Shown piece by piece: positions 46,877 to 57,226 of a stretch of DNA of 64,000 bases; within the stretch, counting starts at the first letter, position 1; every line of letters begins with the position of its first letter. Under the pieces are notes generated by a model. It was not told where the DNA came from and did not search any database. It saw only the letters and a list, made by a program, of their open reading frames with translations. The translations under genes and the position numbers were made by a program. This stretch comes from Ferrovibrionaceae bacterium. GTDB taxonomy: Bacteria > Pseudomonadota > Alphaproteobacteria > Ferrovibrionales > Ferrovibrionaceae. The DNA lies in the NCBI GenBank assembly GCA_965229335.1, contig OZ245874.1, forward strand, positions 5,860,736 through 5,924,735. The letters run 5' to 3'.

Positions 46877-47026
46877 CGCCACGCCCTCCCCCGCAGAAAG
46901 ATCCGGCATCGAGCATACCATGGTTTCAGGGGGGCGCGCCGTCCCGGTCAAGTTTTGGTGCCGGCCGGGACAAACGCGCAGCCCCGGTCCATGCCTAGCA
47001 TCGGGGTCTCGAAACAGGAGGCAACG

Positions 47027-48037
47027 ATGGGCACCAAGCACCCGAAATACAAGGTGGCGGTCGTACAGGCCGCGCCGGTCTGGCTCGATCTCGACGGCAC
47101 GGTCGACAAGACCATCGCGCTGATCGAGGAAGCGGCCGCCAACGACGCACGGCTGATCGGCTTTCCGGAAACCTTCATCCCGGGCTATCCCTGGCATATC
47201 TGGCTCGACGCACCGGCCTGGGCGATCGGGCGCGGCTTCGTCGGGCGCTATTTCGACAATTCGCTGGCCTATGACAGCCCGCAGGCCGAGCGCCTGCGCG
47301 CCGCGGTGGCCAAGGCCGGCATCACCGCCGTACTCGGCCTGTCCGAACGCGCCGGCGGCAGCCTCTATATCGCCCAGTGGCTGATCGGGCCGGCCGGCGA
47401 GACCATCGCCCGGCGCCGCAAGTTGCGCCCGACGCACGCCGAGCGCACGGTATTCGGCGAGGGCGACGGCAGCGATCTCGCGGTGCATGACCGGCCCGAT
47501 ATCGGCCGTCTCGGCGCACTCTGCTGCTGGGAACACCTGCAACCGCTGTCCAAGTACGCGATGTATGCGCAGGACGAACAGGTCCATGTCGCGGCCTGGC
47601 CGAGCTTCTCGCTCTACGATCCGTTCGCGGTGGCGCTGGGGGCCGAGGTCAACAACGCCGCCTCGCGCGTCTACGCGGTCGAGGGCTCGTGCTTCGTGCT
47701 GGCACCCTGCGCCACCGTCTCGCCGGCGATGATCGACGAATTGTGCGACAGCCCGGCCAAGCACCAGTTCCTGCATGCCGGGGGTGGCCATGCGATGATC
47801 TTCGGGCCCGACGGCGCCGCGCTGGCCGAGAAGCTGCCGGAAACCCAGGAGGGGCTGATCTACGCCGAAATCGACCTCGCGGCGATCGGGGTCGCCAAGA
47901 ATGCGGCGGATCCGGCCGGGCATTATTCGCGACCGGACGTGACGCGGCTGTTGTTCAACAACCGCCCCGCCCGGCGGGTCGAGCATTTCGCCCTGCCGAT
48001 CGACGAGGTCGAGCAGAAGGCGGAGGCGGCGGAATAG
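47027..48037 (+). CDS. Nitrilase (nitrilase/cyanide hydratase branch of the C-N hydrolase superfamily)
   Basis: ATG 47027 follows AGGAGG. The catalytic residues lie in FPETFIPGYP, RRRKLRPTHAER and GALCCWEH (Glu, Lys and Cys respectively). It is divergent from the AraC regulator. Confidence 0.9.
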   Translation: MGTKHPKYKVAVVQAAPVWLDLDGTVDKTIALIEEAAANDARLIGFPETFIPGYPWHIWLDAPAWAIGRGFVGRYFDNSLAYDSPQAERLRAAVAKAGITAVLGLSERAGGSLYIAQWLIGPAGETIARRRKLRPTHAERTVFGEGDGSDLAVHDRPDIGRLGALCCWEHLQPLSKYAMYAQDEQVHVAAWPSFSLYDPFAVALGAEVNNAASRVYAVEGSCFVLAPCATVSPAMIDELCDSPAKHQFLHAGGGHAMIFGPDGAALAEKLPETQEGLIYAEIDLAAIGVAKNAADPAGHYSRPDVTRLLFNNRPARRVEHFALPIDEVEQKAEAAE

Positions 48038-48159
48038 CGATTGCGCCGCCGCCGCCCGGCGGCAACACTGGCGGCATGAAGAAGATCTCGTTCCTGCGAC
48101 GCTGACCGGCCCTGCCGGTCAGCCTTTTCGGATTTTCCCCGGGAACGAGAGAGCCCCTG

Positions 48160-48978
48160 ATGCCGCATGCCCTGACGCGCGCCCAGATCGCGCAATTCGT
48201 CGCCGACGGCTACGTCCGCGTCGACAACGCCTTTGCCCCCACCCTTGCCGCCGCAGCCCGCCGGATCCTCTGGCGCGACACCGCCTGTGATCCCGATCGG
48301 CCGGCGAGTTGGAGCCGGCCCGTCATCCGCCTCGGCCACTATACCGACGGCCCGTTCGTCGCTGCCGTCGACACCCCGGTGCTGCACGATGCCTTCGACC
48401 AGCTGGTCGGCCCCGGCCGCTGGCTGCCCTGCCGGGCGATGGGCAGCTTCCCCGTCCGCTTTCCCTCGCCGCAGGATCCCGGCGACACCGGCTGGCACAT
48501 CGATGTCAGCTTCGGGCTGGAAGCACCCGATTTCCTCGACTGGCGTGCCAACGTCCTGTCCCGCGACCGGGCGCTGCTGATGCTGTTCCTGTTCTCCGAT
48601 GTCGGGCCGGACGACGCGCCGACCCGCATCCGCGTCGGCTCGCATCGCGCCATCGCCCGGCGCCTCGCCCCGGCCGGCGAGGCCGGGCTCACCTTGCGGG
48701 AACTCGCGGCCGACGGATTCCGGGAAACCGTACATTGTCCGGAAACGGCGGCGACGGGGCCGGCCGGGACCGTCTATCTCTGCCACCCGTTCCTGGTCCA
48801 CGCCGCCCAGGCCCATCGCGGCAGCCGGCCGCGCTTCCTGGCGCAACCGCCATTGCTGCCCCGGATACCGCTCGATCCGTTCGGGCCAGGACCGCTATGG
48901 CCCGTCGAACAGGCGATTGCCGAGTCCTTGGCAGGAGACGCGATGCCGCATCGACGCCCGTCGCCTTACGGCATATGA
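48160..48978 (+). CDS. Phytanoyl-CoA dioxygenase (PhyH) family Fe(II)/2-oxoglutarate oxygenase
   Basis: 272 aa. It has LTRAQIAQFVADGYVRVDNAF and a GWHIDVSF HxD motif. Confidence 0.65.
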   Translation: MPHALTRAQIAQFVADGYVRVDNAFAPTLAAAARRILWRDTACDPDRPASWSRPVIRLGHYTDGPFVAAVDTPVLHDAFDQLVGPGRWLPCRAMGSFPVRFPSPQDPGDTGWHIDVSFGLEAPDFLDWRANVLSRDRALLMLFLFSDVGPDDAPTRIRVGSHRAIARRLAPAGEAGLTLRELAADGFRETVHCPETAATGPAGTVYLCHPFLVHAAQAHRGSRPRFLAQPPLLPRIPLDPFGPGPLWPVEQAIAESLAGDAMPHRRPSPYGI

Positions 48979-49023
48979 ATACCCGACCAAGCCAGGCCGG
49001 CAGGCCAAGCCAGGGGACTACTC

Positions 49024-49551
49024 ATGACCGACCCGCTACCGCGATACGACGCCGTCGCCATCACCCTGCATTGGGCGGTCGCGCTCCTGATCCTGGCGGC
49101 GTTCGGCCTTGGCCTGACCGTCGACGATTTTCCGTCAGGCTGGAAAAGTGCGGTCATCAACCTCCATGCGCTGATCGGGCTGGCCGTGCTCGTCCTGAGC
49201 CTGGCGCGGCTGGCCTGGCGGCTGGGGCACCGGCCGCCACCCTATCAGCCGCCGCTGGCGCCGCTGGCCGCCCGGCTGGCGCATCTGGGCCACCTGCTGC
49301 TCTACGTGCTGATGATCGCGGTGCCGGCGATCGGGGTGCCGACCTTGCTGTTTCGCGGGCTCGGCCTCGATTTCGGCCTGTTCCAGCTCGCCTCGCCGCT
49401 GGCCCGCAATCGCGAGATCTATCGCCCGCTGACCGAAATCCACGAACTGGGCAGCTATCTGATGATCGCACTGGCCGCGGGTCATGCCGCCGTGGCGGTC
49501 TTCCACCAGGTGGTCGCCCGCGATCAGCTGATGCGGCGCATGCTGCCGTGA
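49024..49551 (+). CDS. Cytochrome b561 family protein (CybB-like)
   Basis: 175 aa with four TM helices. It carries the RYDAVAITLHWAVALLIL signature. Confidence 0.8.
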   Translation: MTDPLPRYDAVAITLHWAVALLILAAFGLGLTVDDFPSGWKSAVINLHALIGLAVLVLSLARLAWRLGHRPPPYQPPLAPLAARLAHLGHLLLYVLMIAVPAIGVPTLLFRGLGLDFGLFQLASPLARNREIYRPLTEIHELGSYLMIALAAGHAAVAVFHQVVARDQLMRRMLP

Positions 49552-49652
49552 GCGGACGATTGTAATTTTGCTGTGACCGTGGACCCTTGCGCGGCGACCT
49601 GCGTTTCGAGCTTGAAACCGGCCGTCCTGCCGGATGCCGACCAGGAAGTGCC

Positions 49653-49832
49653 ATGAGTCCCAGGATCATCTATCAGCCGCAGGGCGAAGACGGCGAGGAA
49701 GTCGCCGCCGAAGCGGTGCGCGAGGCCCTGCAGCACTGCTTCGAGCCGGTGATCGATCAGGTCCTGCCCGACGACATGCTGCGCATCCTGGTCCGGGCAG
49801 TGCCCCCGCAATCGGCCGGCAGACAATCCTGA
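49653..49832 (+). CDS. NepR-like anti-sigma(EcfG) mini-protein (orphan)
   Basis: Internal ATG 49653 follows AGGAAG; 59 aa. ALQHCFEPVIDQVLPDDMLRILVRA resembles the NepR core (..ALRxVYxxTVxExIPDEMLDLLxKL). Confidence 0.45.
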   Translation: MSPRIIYQPQGEDGEEVAAEAVREALQHCFEPVIDQVLPDDMLRILVRAVPPQSAGRQS

Positions 49833-49856
49833 CCGGCCGATTGCGGGACCTGATGC

Positions 49857-50954
49857 TCAGCCGGCGCGGACCTGGCGGAGAAAGCGGTCGACCTCGCCGC
49901 GCAGCTTTTCGGCCAGGGTCGACAGTTCGCCCGAGGCCACCGCCACCTGGTCGGCGGCATGGCCGGCATCGTCGGCCGCCTGCTTGACCGCCGACACGCT
50001 CGCCGACGCTTCCTGGGTGCCGGCCGAGGCCTGCTCGACATTGCGGGCGATTTCCTGCGTCGCCGCCCCCTGCTCCTCCACCGCCGAGGCGATCGAGGCG
50101 TTGATCTCGTTGATCCGCCCCACCGTCCCGCCGATGTTGCGGATCGCCTCCACCGCCTGGCGCGTCGCGTCCTGCACGCCCGAGATCTGCTGGCCGATCT
50201 CGTCGGTCGCCTTCGCCGTCTGGTTCGCCAGGTTCTTCACTTCCGAGGCCACCACCGCAAATCCCTTGCCGGCATCGCCCGCCCGCGCCGCCTCGATCGT
50301 CGCGTTCAGCGCCAGCAGGTTGGTCTGCCCGGCGATCGTGTTGATCAGGCTGACCACCTCGCCGATCTTGTCGGCCGCCGCCGCCAGGCCCTGGACGATC
50401 GCGTCCGTCGCCTGCGCCTCTTCCACCGCCCCCTGCGCGATCCGGCTGGCCGTCGCCACCTGGTTGGAAATCTCGTTGATCGACGCGGCCAGTTCCTCCG
50501 ACGCGCTCGCCACCGTCTGCACGTTGGTCGCCGCCTGCTCGGTCGCCGCCGCCGCGCTCAGCGATTGCTGCGTCGTCGTCGCGGCAATCCCGGTCATCGA
50601 CCGCGCGGTCGCGTTCATCTCGGTCGCGCCGGCCGCCACCGCCTCGACCACGCCGCCCACCGCACCCTCGAAATCGGCCGCCAGCTTCAGCAGCGCCTCG
50701 CGCCGCAGCCGCTCGCCCTCGACCCGCGCCCGCTCCTGCTCGGCCTGGCGCTCGGCCGCCTGGCGCCGCTCGGCCTCCTCGGCCTCGCGCTGGCGCTGGG
50801 CCTCGGCCTGGCGGGCCGCCTCGTCGCGCGCCCGCTTCTCCTCGGCCGCCGCCCGCTCGCGCGCCTCCTCGTCGCGCTGGCGCTGCTCCTCGCGGATCCG
50901 CGCATCCTCGGCCTCGGCCGCCAGCCGCTTGCCCTCGATCCCGTTCTGCTTGAA
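49857..50954 (-). repeat. ~1.1-kb near-identical repeat (3' portion of MCP copy A)
   Basis: Aligned by eye to 51827-52924 at an offset of 1970 bp. Only a handful of substitutions were seen. Identity drops sharply upstream of the repeat. Confidence 0.85.
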
Positions 50955-51719
50955 CACCTCGACGCTGCGCGCCATCAGGCCCACTTCGTCCTGGCGCTGA
51001 CGCCCGCTCACCTCGGCCGAATAGTCGCCGCGCGCCAGCACCTCCATCACCTTGGCCAAGCCTTGCAGCGGCCCGGCAATGCCGCGCTGGGCAATCCAGA
51101 ACGCCACCGCACCGACGATCAGGACGCCCAGCCCCAGGATCGTGAACAGCATGTTGCGGGTAGACACGTAGCCGGCGGTCAGATCGTCTGCTGTCTGCTT
51201 GAGTTCGACCAGCAACTGATCCAGCTCGCGCGCCACGTCCTGGCGCAAGGCCTCGATCCGCGGGTTCAACTCCTTGTCGATGATTCGCGTCGCCTCGTCG
51301 GTCGCTTCCTGCCCATCGATCTGGGCCAGTGCCTGCACGTCGCGCGTCGCCTCGAAGATGCGGGTATATTCCGCCTTGAACCGGTCGATTGCCTGGGCGT
51401 GATGCGGCAGGCCCTGGCGGGCCAGCTCGGCGCGCCGGTTGAACTCGACCTGTGCTGCCTGCAGGTTGCGCAGCGTGACCTTGACGTCAGCCTGATTGTT
51501 CTGCGCGGTCATCTGGTAGAGCAATGCGGCAGTCTGGGTGATCGTCACGTTGACGCGGGCCAGCCAGACCAGACCCGGGGCGTCACGGGTCAGGATGACG
51601 GTATTCCGATCGTCGGCCTGCCCCATCCGATGGATCGACAACCAAGTCGTCCCGATGCCGAGCAAGGCCAGCATCGCGATGACGATAACAATCTTGTAGA
51701 GGATCTTGAGATTTTGCAC
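49857..51719 (-). CDS. Methyl-accepting chemotaxis protein (copy A)
   Basis: 620 aa. The layout is TM, periplasmic 4-helix-bundle-like sensor, TM, HAMP, Glu/Arg/Ala-rich linker, then the MA signalling domain ([37 protein letters not shown]). Confidence 0.9.
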   Translation of the reverse strand: MQNLKILYKIVIVIAMLALLGIGTTWLSIHRMGQADDRNTVILTRDAPGLVWLARVNVTITQTAALLYQMTAQNNQADVKVTLRNLQAAQVEFNRRAELARQGLPHHAQAIDRFKAEYTRIFEATRDVQALAQIDGQEATDEATRIIDKELNPRIEALRQDVARELDQLLVELKQTADDLTAGYVSTRNMLFTILGLGVLIVGAVAFWIAQRGIAGPLQGLAKVMEVLARGDYSAEVSGRQRQDEVGLMARSVEVFKQNGIEGKRLAAEAEDARIREEQRQRDEEARERAAAEEKRARDEAARQAEAQRQREAEEAERRQAAERQAEQERARVEGERLRREALLKLAADFEGAVGGVVEAVAAGATEMNATARSMTGIAATTTQQSLSAAAATEQAATNVQTVASASEELAASINEISNQVATASRIAQGAVEEAQATDAIVQGLAAAADKIGEVVSLINTIAGQTNLLALNATIEAARAGDAGKGFAVVASEVKNLANQTAKATDEIGQQISGVQDATRQAVEAIRNIGGTVGRINEINASIASAVEEQGAATQEIARNVEQASAGTQEASASVSAVKQAADDAGHAADQVAVASGELSTLAEKLRGEVDRFLRQVRAG

Positions 51720-51826
51720 GCGTAATGCCCGCCAGTTTCCGTCGAAAATCTGGCGGGCATTTATACTGACTTAAGGCGGGTTGCCTATGCGAATTATCGC
51801 ATAATCCACACTACCAAAGCGTTCAA

Positions 51827-52924
51827 TCAGCCGGCGCGGACCTGGCGAAGGAAGCGGTCGACCTCGCCGCGCAGCTTCTCGGCCATCGTCGACAGTTCGC
51901 CCGAGGCCGCCGCCACCTGGTCGGCGGCATGGCCGGCATCGTCGGCCGCCTGCTTGACCGCCGACACGCTCGCCGACGCCTCCTGGGTGCCGGCCGAGGC
52001 CTGCTCGACATTGCGGGCGATTTCCTGCGTCGCCGCCCCCTGCTCCTCCACCGCCGAGGCGATCGAGGCATTGATCTCGTTGATCCGCCCCACCGTCCCG
52101 CCGATGTTGCGGATCGCCTCCACCGCCTGGCGCGTCGCGTCCTGCACGCCCGAGATCTGCTGGCCGATCTCGTCGGTCGCCTTCGCCGTCTGGTTCGCCA
52201 GGTTCTTCACTTCCGACGCCACGACGGCGAAGCCCTTGCCGGCATCGCCCGCCCGCGCCGCCTCGATCGTCGCGTTCAGCGCCAGCAGGTTGGTCTGCCC
52301 GGCGATCGTGTTGATCAGGCTGACCACCTCGCCGATCTTGTCGGCCGCCGCCGCCAGACCCTGGACGATCGCGTCCGTCGCCTGCGCCTCTTCCACCGCC
52401 CCCTGCGCGATCCGGCTGGCCGTCGCCACCTGGTTGGAAATCTCGTTGATCGACGCGGCCAGTTCCTCCGACGCGCTCGCCACCGTCTGCACGTTGGTCG
52501 CCGCCTGCTCGGTCGCCGCCGCCGCGCTCAGCGATTGCTGCGTCGTCGTCGCGGCAATCCCGGTCATCGACCGCGCGGTCGCGTTCATCTCGGTCGCGCC
52601 GGCCGCCACCGCCTCGACTACACCGCCCACCGCACCCTCGAAATCGGCCGCCAGCTTCAGCAGCGCCTCGCGCCGCAGCCGTTCGCCCTCGACCCGCGCC
52701 CGCTCCTGCTCGGCCTGGCGCTCGGCCGCCTGGCGCCGCTCGGCCTCCTCGGCCTCGCGCTGGCGCTGGGCCTCGGCCTGGCGCGCCGCCTCGTCGCGCG
52801 CCCGCTTCTCCTCGGCCGCCGCCCGCTCACGCGCCTCCTCGTCGCGCTGGCGCTGCTCCTCGCGGATCCGCGCATCCTCGGCCTCGGCCGCCAGCCGCTT
52901 GCCCTCGATCCCGTTCTGCTTGAA
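51827..52924 (-). repeat. ~1.1-kb near-identical repeat (3' portion of MCP copy B)
   Basis: Partner of 49857-50954. Confidence 0.85.
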
Positions 52925-53713
52925 AACCTCGACCGCGCGCGCCATCAGGCCGACCTCGTCCTGACGCTGCTGGCCGCTCACCTCCGCCGAATAGTCGCCG
53001 CGGGCCAGCACCTCCATCACCCCGGCCAGGCCGCGCAGCGGCGCGGCAATGCCGCGCTGGGCGATCAGCATGGCAACGCCCGCGACGATCACGACGCCCA
53101 GGCCAAGGATCAGCAACAGGCTGTTGCGGGTCGACTGGTAGGTGGCGGTCAGACCGTCAGACGTCACCTTCAGGGCCTCGACTTGGCGGTCGACCTCGGT
53201 AGTTATTTCGCGGCGCAACGCCTCGAAGGCCGGACCGAGCGTCTTGTCCACGATCAGTGTGGCACGGTTATTCGCTTCTGTCGTGTTCTCCACTGCCAGC
53301 GCCTGGGCCTCGCGCGACGCCTCAATGAGCCGCGCATAGTCCGCCTTGATGCGACTGATCTCCGCGCTCCGTTGTGGCAGCAGTCGGCCCGCTTCGGCAA
53401 TACGGGTATCAAAGTCGCGAATCGTTGCGCGCAACGCCTCCTGCGTCGCCTTGATGTCGCTTGCATCGTTCTCCGCGATCATCTGGTAGAGAAGCCCAGC
53501 CGTGCGGTTGACTGTCGCATTGGCCCGCGCCATCCATACCAGTCCCGGTGCATCGCGTGTCAGCACCGCCGAGTTGCGGTCGTCGGCCTGGCCCATGCGA
53601 TAGATCGACAGCCCGGTCGTCGCGATGCCGAGCAGGGCGAGCGCCGCGATCACCAGCGCGATCTTGTAGAGGATCCGGATATTCTGCAAGGCCAACCCCC
53701 CGTTCGAAACCAC
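51827..53713 (-). CDS. Methyl-accepting chemotaxis protein (copy B, tandem paralog)
   Basis: 628 aa with the same architecture. The C-terminal 365 aa are almost identical to copy A, while the sensor domain has diverged. Confidence 0.9.
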   Translation of the reverse strand: MVSNGGLALQNIRILYKIALVIAALALLGIATTGLSIYRMGQADDRNSAVLTRDAPGLVWMARANATVNRTAGLLYQMIAENDASDIKATQEALRATIRDFDTRIAEAGRLLPQRSAEISRIKADYARLIEASREAQALAVENTTEANNRATLIVDKTLGPAFEALRREITTEVDRQVEALKVTSDGLTATYQSTRNSLLLILGLGVVIVAGVAMLIAQRGIAAPLRGLAGVMEVLARGDYSAEVSGQQRQDEVGLMARAVEVFKQNGIEGKRLAAEAEDARIREEQRQRDEEARERAAAEEKRARDEAARQAEAQRQREAEEAERRQAAERQAEQERARVEGERLRREALLKLAADFEGAVGGVVEAVAAGATEMNATARSMTGIAATTTQQSLSAAAATEQAATNVQTVASASEELAASINEISNQVATASRIAQGAVEEAQATDAIVQGLAAAADKIGEVVSLINTIAGQTNLLALNATIEAARAGDAGKGFAVVASEVKNLANQTAKATDEIGQQISGVQDATRQAVEAIRNIGGTVGRINEINASIASAVEEQGAATQEIARNVEQASAGTQEASASVSAVKQAADDAGHAADQVAAASGELSTMAEKLRGEVDRFLRQVRAG

Positions 53714-54084
53714 TGATGGTGGGCGGCAATCTGATACTAGTGGCAGTGGCGTAATATCGGTGATTTGTAAAAAGTTTTATTCGCCCAGAAATTGGGCGCA
53801 GCCGGCGCTGCAGAAGCGGCTGAAATCCGGGCAATCGCGGTGCGCCGCGACAATCCCGGCAGGGGTCTTGTTTTCCAGCGAATAAGGAGCTATATTCAAA
53901 TCCGTCGACATGTTTGGTTTCGGCCACGCTTTTCCCGCCCCCTTTCGGGCCTCGCCCTTTCGGAAACGAGGCTATTGGCAATACGCCACGGGTGCCGGAG
54001 CGGCCCTCCCCGATCCCCTCTATCATGGTTGATCCGCCGGGCAGCCTGCCCGGTGGCCTGATGACATACCCAAGGAACTAGTTA

Positions 54085-54297
54085 ATGGCCACTATTGGCA
54101 CCGTGAAATGGTTCAACGCCCAAAAGGGCTACGGCTTCATCCAGCCCGAGAGCGGCGGCACCGACGTGTTCGTCCATGTCTCGGCGGTTGAACGCTCGGG
54201 CCTCGCCGGCTTGAACGACGGTCAGAAGATCGAATTCGACGTCGAGCGCGACAAGCGCAGCGGCAAGTCCGCCGCCGTCAATCTGCGCGCGCTCTAA
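54085..54297 (+). CDS. cspA: Cold-shock protein (CspA family)
   Basis: MATIGTVKWFNAQKGYGFIQPESGGTDVFVHVSAV carries the RNP1/RNP2 motifs. A long (~370 nt) ORF-free upstream region is consistent with a csp 5' UTR. Confidence 0.95.
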   Translation: MATIGTVKWFNAQKGYGFIQPESGGTDVFVHVSAVERSGLAGLNDGQKIEFDVERDKRSGKSAAVNLRAL

Positions 54298-54310
54298 GCG
54301 ACGCCGCCCT

Positions 54311-54333
54311 GGGGCGCCCGTCGCGGGCGCCCC
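54311..54333 (+). terminator. Perfect 10-bp GC hairpin GGGGCGCCCG-tcg-CGGGCGCCCC downstream of cspA
   Basis: Read directly. There is no clear U-tract (ATTGCTG follows). A second hairpin, GCTGCCC...GGGCAGC, follows. Confidence 0.5.
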
Positions 54334-54681
54334 ATTGCTGCCCCCCTGACGCGGGCAGCCCCGTGCGCCGCCGCCAGTCGGCCGCGCCCCGGATCCAAAT
54401 CTCCCAACTCAGCGTTTGAAACAGGCCGCGGCCCGCTCAACTGCCGCGCCTTTTGACAGGAATATGATTGTGCAGACCATTCAGCGTACCCCGATGAAAA
54501 CCCTCCACCCGATGCCGACCGTCCGCCGCATGCCGGCCGCCGAGCCCAAGATCACCGCCATGGCGGGCATGACCCGCGACGAAGTGCGCCGGCTGGTCGT
54601 CTCGCTGATCGGCTAGTCAGCCATCATCCTGCGGTGCTAGCCTTCCCCCCGGGCCAATGAGCCTTGTGGGGGAAATGCCGG

Positions 54682-56610
54682 ATGTCACGCAGTCGGTTCA
54701 TGCTCGGTGTCGCGGCCCTCGCACTGGTCGCGGGCAACGCCGATGCCGCCAGGGTCAGTCTCCGCATCATGGAGACGACCGACATCCACATGAACCTGCT
54801 GGACTACGACTATTACCAGGACAAGGGCACCGACCAGTTCGGCCTGGCGCGGGCCGTCACCCTGGTCAAGGCGGCGCGGGCCGAGGCCCGCAACAGCCTG
54901 TTCTTCGACAACGGCGACCTGCTGCAGGGCAACCCGATGGGCGACCTGGTCGCCCGGGTCCAGCCGCTGGCCCAGGGCATGGTGCATCCCGCCTACAAGG
55001 TGATGAACCAGCTGGGTTATGACGCCGGCAACATCGGCAACCACGAATTCAACTATGGCCTGCCATTCCTGCGGCAGGCCCTGGCCGGCGCGGCCTTCCC
55101 TTATGTCAACGCCAACGTCTATGTCGACGAGCGGGCGGGCGGCCCCGAGGCCGGCAAGAATGCCTTCACGCCCTATGTGATCCTCGAGCGGGAGGTCGCG
55201 GACGATACCGGCCAGGCCCATCGGCTCAAGGTGGGCGTCATCGGCTTCGTGCCGCCCCAGATCATGCAGTGGGACCGGGCCAATCTCGAAGGCCGGGTGA
55301 CGACGCACGAAATCGTCGCGACGGCACGCAGGTTCGTGCCGGAGATAAGGGCCAAGGGCGCGGACCTCGTCGTCGCCATCCCCCATTCCGGCTTCGAGAA
55401 TGGCGAGACCGCGGCCTCGACCGAGAATGCCGTGGCGGGCCTGGCCGAGGTGCCGGGCATCGACGTCATCCTGTTCGGCCACGCCCACGCCGAATTTCCC
55501 GGCAAGCAGTTCGCCGGCCATCCCAAGGTCGACATCGCCAGGGGCACGATCAATGGCATCCCCGCGGTGATGCCCGGCCGCTGGGGCGATCATCTCGGCA
55601 TCGTCGACCTGATGCTCGATGACCGGTCGGGCCGCTGGCAGGTCGTCGACTCGCGGGCCTCGATCCGGCCGATCTTCGACCGGTCCGCCAAGAAACCGCT
55701 GGTCGAGGCCGATCCGATGGTCCTGGCCGCGATCGGCGACGAACATCGGGCGACACTCGACTATATCCGCGGCAAGGTGACCGAGACGACCGCCCCCATC
55801 CATTCCTATTTTGCCCAGGTTGCCGACGACCCGTCGGTCCAGGTCGTCTCGCTGGCCCAGATCGCGTATGTCCGCGCCGCGGTACAGGGAACCGACTACG
55901 AGAAATACCCGATCCTGTCGGCCGCGGCCCCGTTCAAGGCCGGCGGCCGCCAGGGCTGGGGCTACTATACCGACATCCCGGTCGGCCCGGTCGCCATCAA
56001 GAACGTCGCCGACCTCTACATCTACCCCAACACGCTCAAGGCCGTGCTGATCACCGGGGCCGAGGTCCGCGAATGGCTGGAGATGTCCGCCGGCCAATTC
56101 AGGCGGATCGACCCGCACGGGGCAGCCGAGCAGCCGCTGATCAACGACGATTTCCGGTCCTACAACTTCGACGTCATCGACGGCGTCACCTACGAGATCG
56201 ACGTGACCGAGCCGGCGAAATACGATCCGAACGGCAAGCCGGCCAATCCCGGCGCCAACCGGATCAAGAACCTGGCCTTCGACGGCCGGCCGATCGACGA
56301 CACGGCCAAGTTCATCGTCGCCACCAACAACTACCGCGCCTATGGCGGCGGCAATTTCCCCGGTATCGACGCCGGCAAGGTCGTGATTGACGCGCCGGAG
56401 GAGAACCGCGAGGCGCTGGTCCGCTACTTTACCGCCAACCCGACCTTCAACCCGGCGGCCGACGGCAACTGGCGCATCCGTCCGGTTCCGGGCATCAGCC
56501 TGCGCTTTCTTTCCGGGGCGGGGGCGACGCGGTATCTCGCGTCCAATCCGTCGATCAGGCTGGTGCGGGACAACGGCGACGGCTCGGCCCTGTTCGAGCT
56601 GGCGCGATAG
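54682..56610 (+). CDS. cpdB: Bifunctional 2',3'-cyclic-nucleotide 2'-phosphodiesterase/3'-nucleotidase (metallophosphatase/5'-nucleotidase family)
   Basis: The signal peptide is followed by RIMETTDIHMNLLDYDYYQD, NGDLLQGNP and GNHEFNYG metallophosphatase motifs. A C-terminal 5'-nucleotidase domain is present. Confidence 0.85.
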   Translation: MSRSRFMLGVAALALVAGNADAARVSLRIMETTDIHMNLLDYDYYQDKGTDQFGLARAVTLVKAARAEARNSLFFDNGDLLQGNPMGDLVARVQPLAQGMVHPAYKVMNQLGYDAGNIGNHEFNYGLPFLRQALAGAAFPYVNANVYVDERAGGPEAGKNAFTPYVILEREVADDTGQAHRLKVGVIGFVPPQIMQWDRANLEGRVTTHEIVATARRFVPEIRAKGADLVVAIPHSGFENGETAASTENAVAGLAEVPGIDVILFGHAHAEFPGKQFAGHPKVDIARGTINGIPAVMPGRWGDHLGIVDLMLDDRSGRWQVVDSRASIRPIFDRSAKKPLVEADPMVLAAIGDEHRATLDYIRGKVTETTAPIHSYFAQVADDPSVQVVSLAQIAYVRAAVQGTDYEKYPILSAAAPFKAGGRQGWGYYTDIPVGPVAIKNVADLYIYPNTLKAVLITGAEVREWLEMSAGQFRRIDPHGAAEQPLINDDFRSYNFDVIDGVTYEIDVTEPAKYDPNGKPANPGANRIKNLAFDGRPIDDTAKFIVATNNYRAYGGGNFPGIDAGKVVIDAPEENREALVRYFTANPTFNPAADGNWRIRPVPGISLRFLSGAGATRYLASNPSIRLVRDNGDGSALFELAR

Positions 56611-56688
56611 GACGGCCGCCATTCACGCGACAGAGCCGGATTCTGTACCCATCTGGTCGAACGTGCCGTCTCGCGCCAACATGCGGCC

Positions 56689-57054
56689 ATGCTGAAACTG
56701 CCTGTAATCACCTATCCGATCACGGTCGATACGATCGGCAAGGCCTACATGCTCGATTGCGGCATCAAGGCCCGCTGCCACCAATGCGCCTCTTCCCGCT
56801 ATCTCGACCTGGTCGAGCTGATCGAACAGCGCGGCCATGACTGGCCGATCGACCTGGTGCAGGCCAGCTGCCCGGCCTGCGGCCTGCCGGCCCGCCCGGT
56901 TCTCGCCCGGCAGGCGCGGCGGGCGCGACGGGCCGGCAAGATCCTCTACCCCCCGCCGCCGCGCGATATCGTGGACGGCGTCTGGGAGGTCGCCTACCGC
57001 CACTATCGCCAGCAGCGCGCAATCAAGGCCGAACTGGTCTCGCCAAGTCGCTAG
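56689..57054 (+). CDS. Hypothetical protein with a CxxC...CxxC zinc-ribbon-like motif
   Basis: 121 aa with CHQCASS ... CPACG. No family recognised. Confidence 0.4.
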   Translation: MLKLPVITYPITVDTIGKAYMLDCGIKARCHQCASSRYLDLVELIEQRGHDWPIDLVQASCPACGLPARPVLARQARRARRAGKILYPPPPRDIVDGVWEVAYRHYRQQRAIKAELVSPSR

Positions 57055-57226
57055 CCCGCGTCGCCGGGGTTCCTCCTCGATATTGCCGGCCGATGTCGGG
57101 GCAGATGCCCCCCCTGTAAGCGGGATGACGGCGCCCGCTGTACCCAGAACGGACCGGCCGCCTTCTACGGCCTGGCCGTCCTGGATACCGCGCCGGCGCC
57201 GGCGCGCCCGGCGAAGTCAGGCCAGG

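Noticed and set aside
49857-52924. The 1.1-kb repeat pair considered as IS element or transposon ends
   Set aside because: The repeats are direct and lie entirely within the coding sequence of two MCP paralogs. No transposase or terminal inverted repeats are present.
49959-53716. Plus-strand ORFs of 588 aa and 595 aa (plus 338- and 336-aa ones)
   Set aside because: They are antisense to, or out of frame with, the two MCP genes. They are duplicated only because the underlying DNA is duplicated.
54416-54616. 66-aa ORF (TTG start) downstream of cspA
   Set aside because: It has no SD and a non-ATG start, and I recognise no family. It lies after two hairpins. It may be real but is unsupported from sequence alone.
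54685-56622. 645-aa minus-strand ORF
   Set aside because: It is antisense to cpdB.
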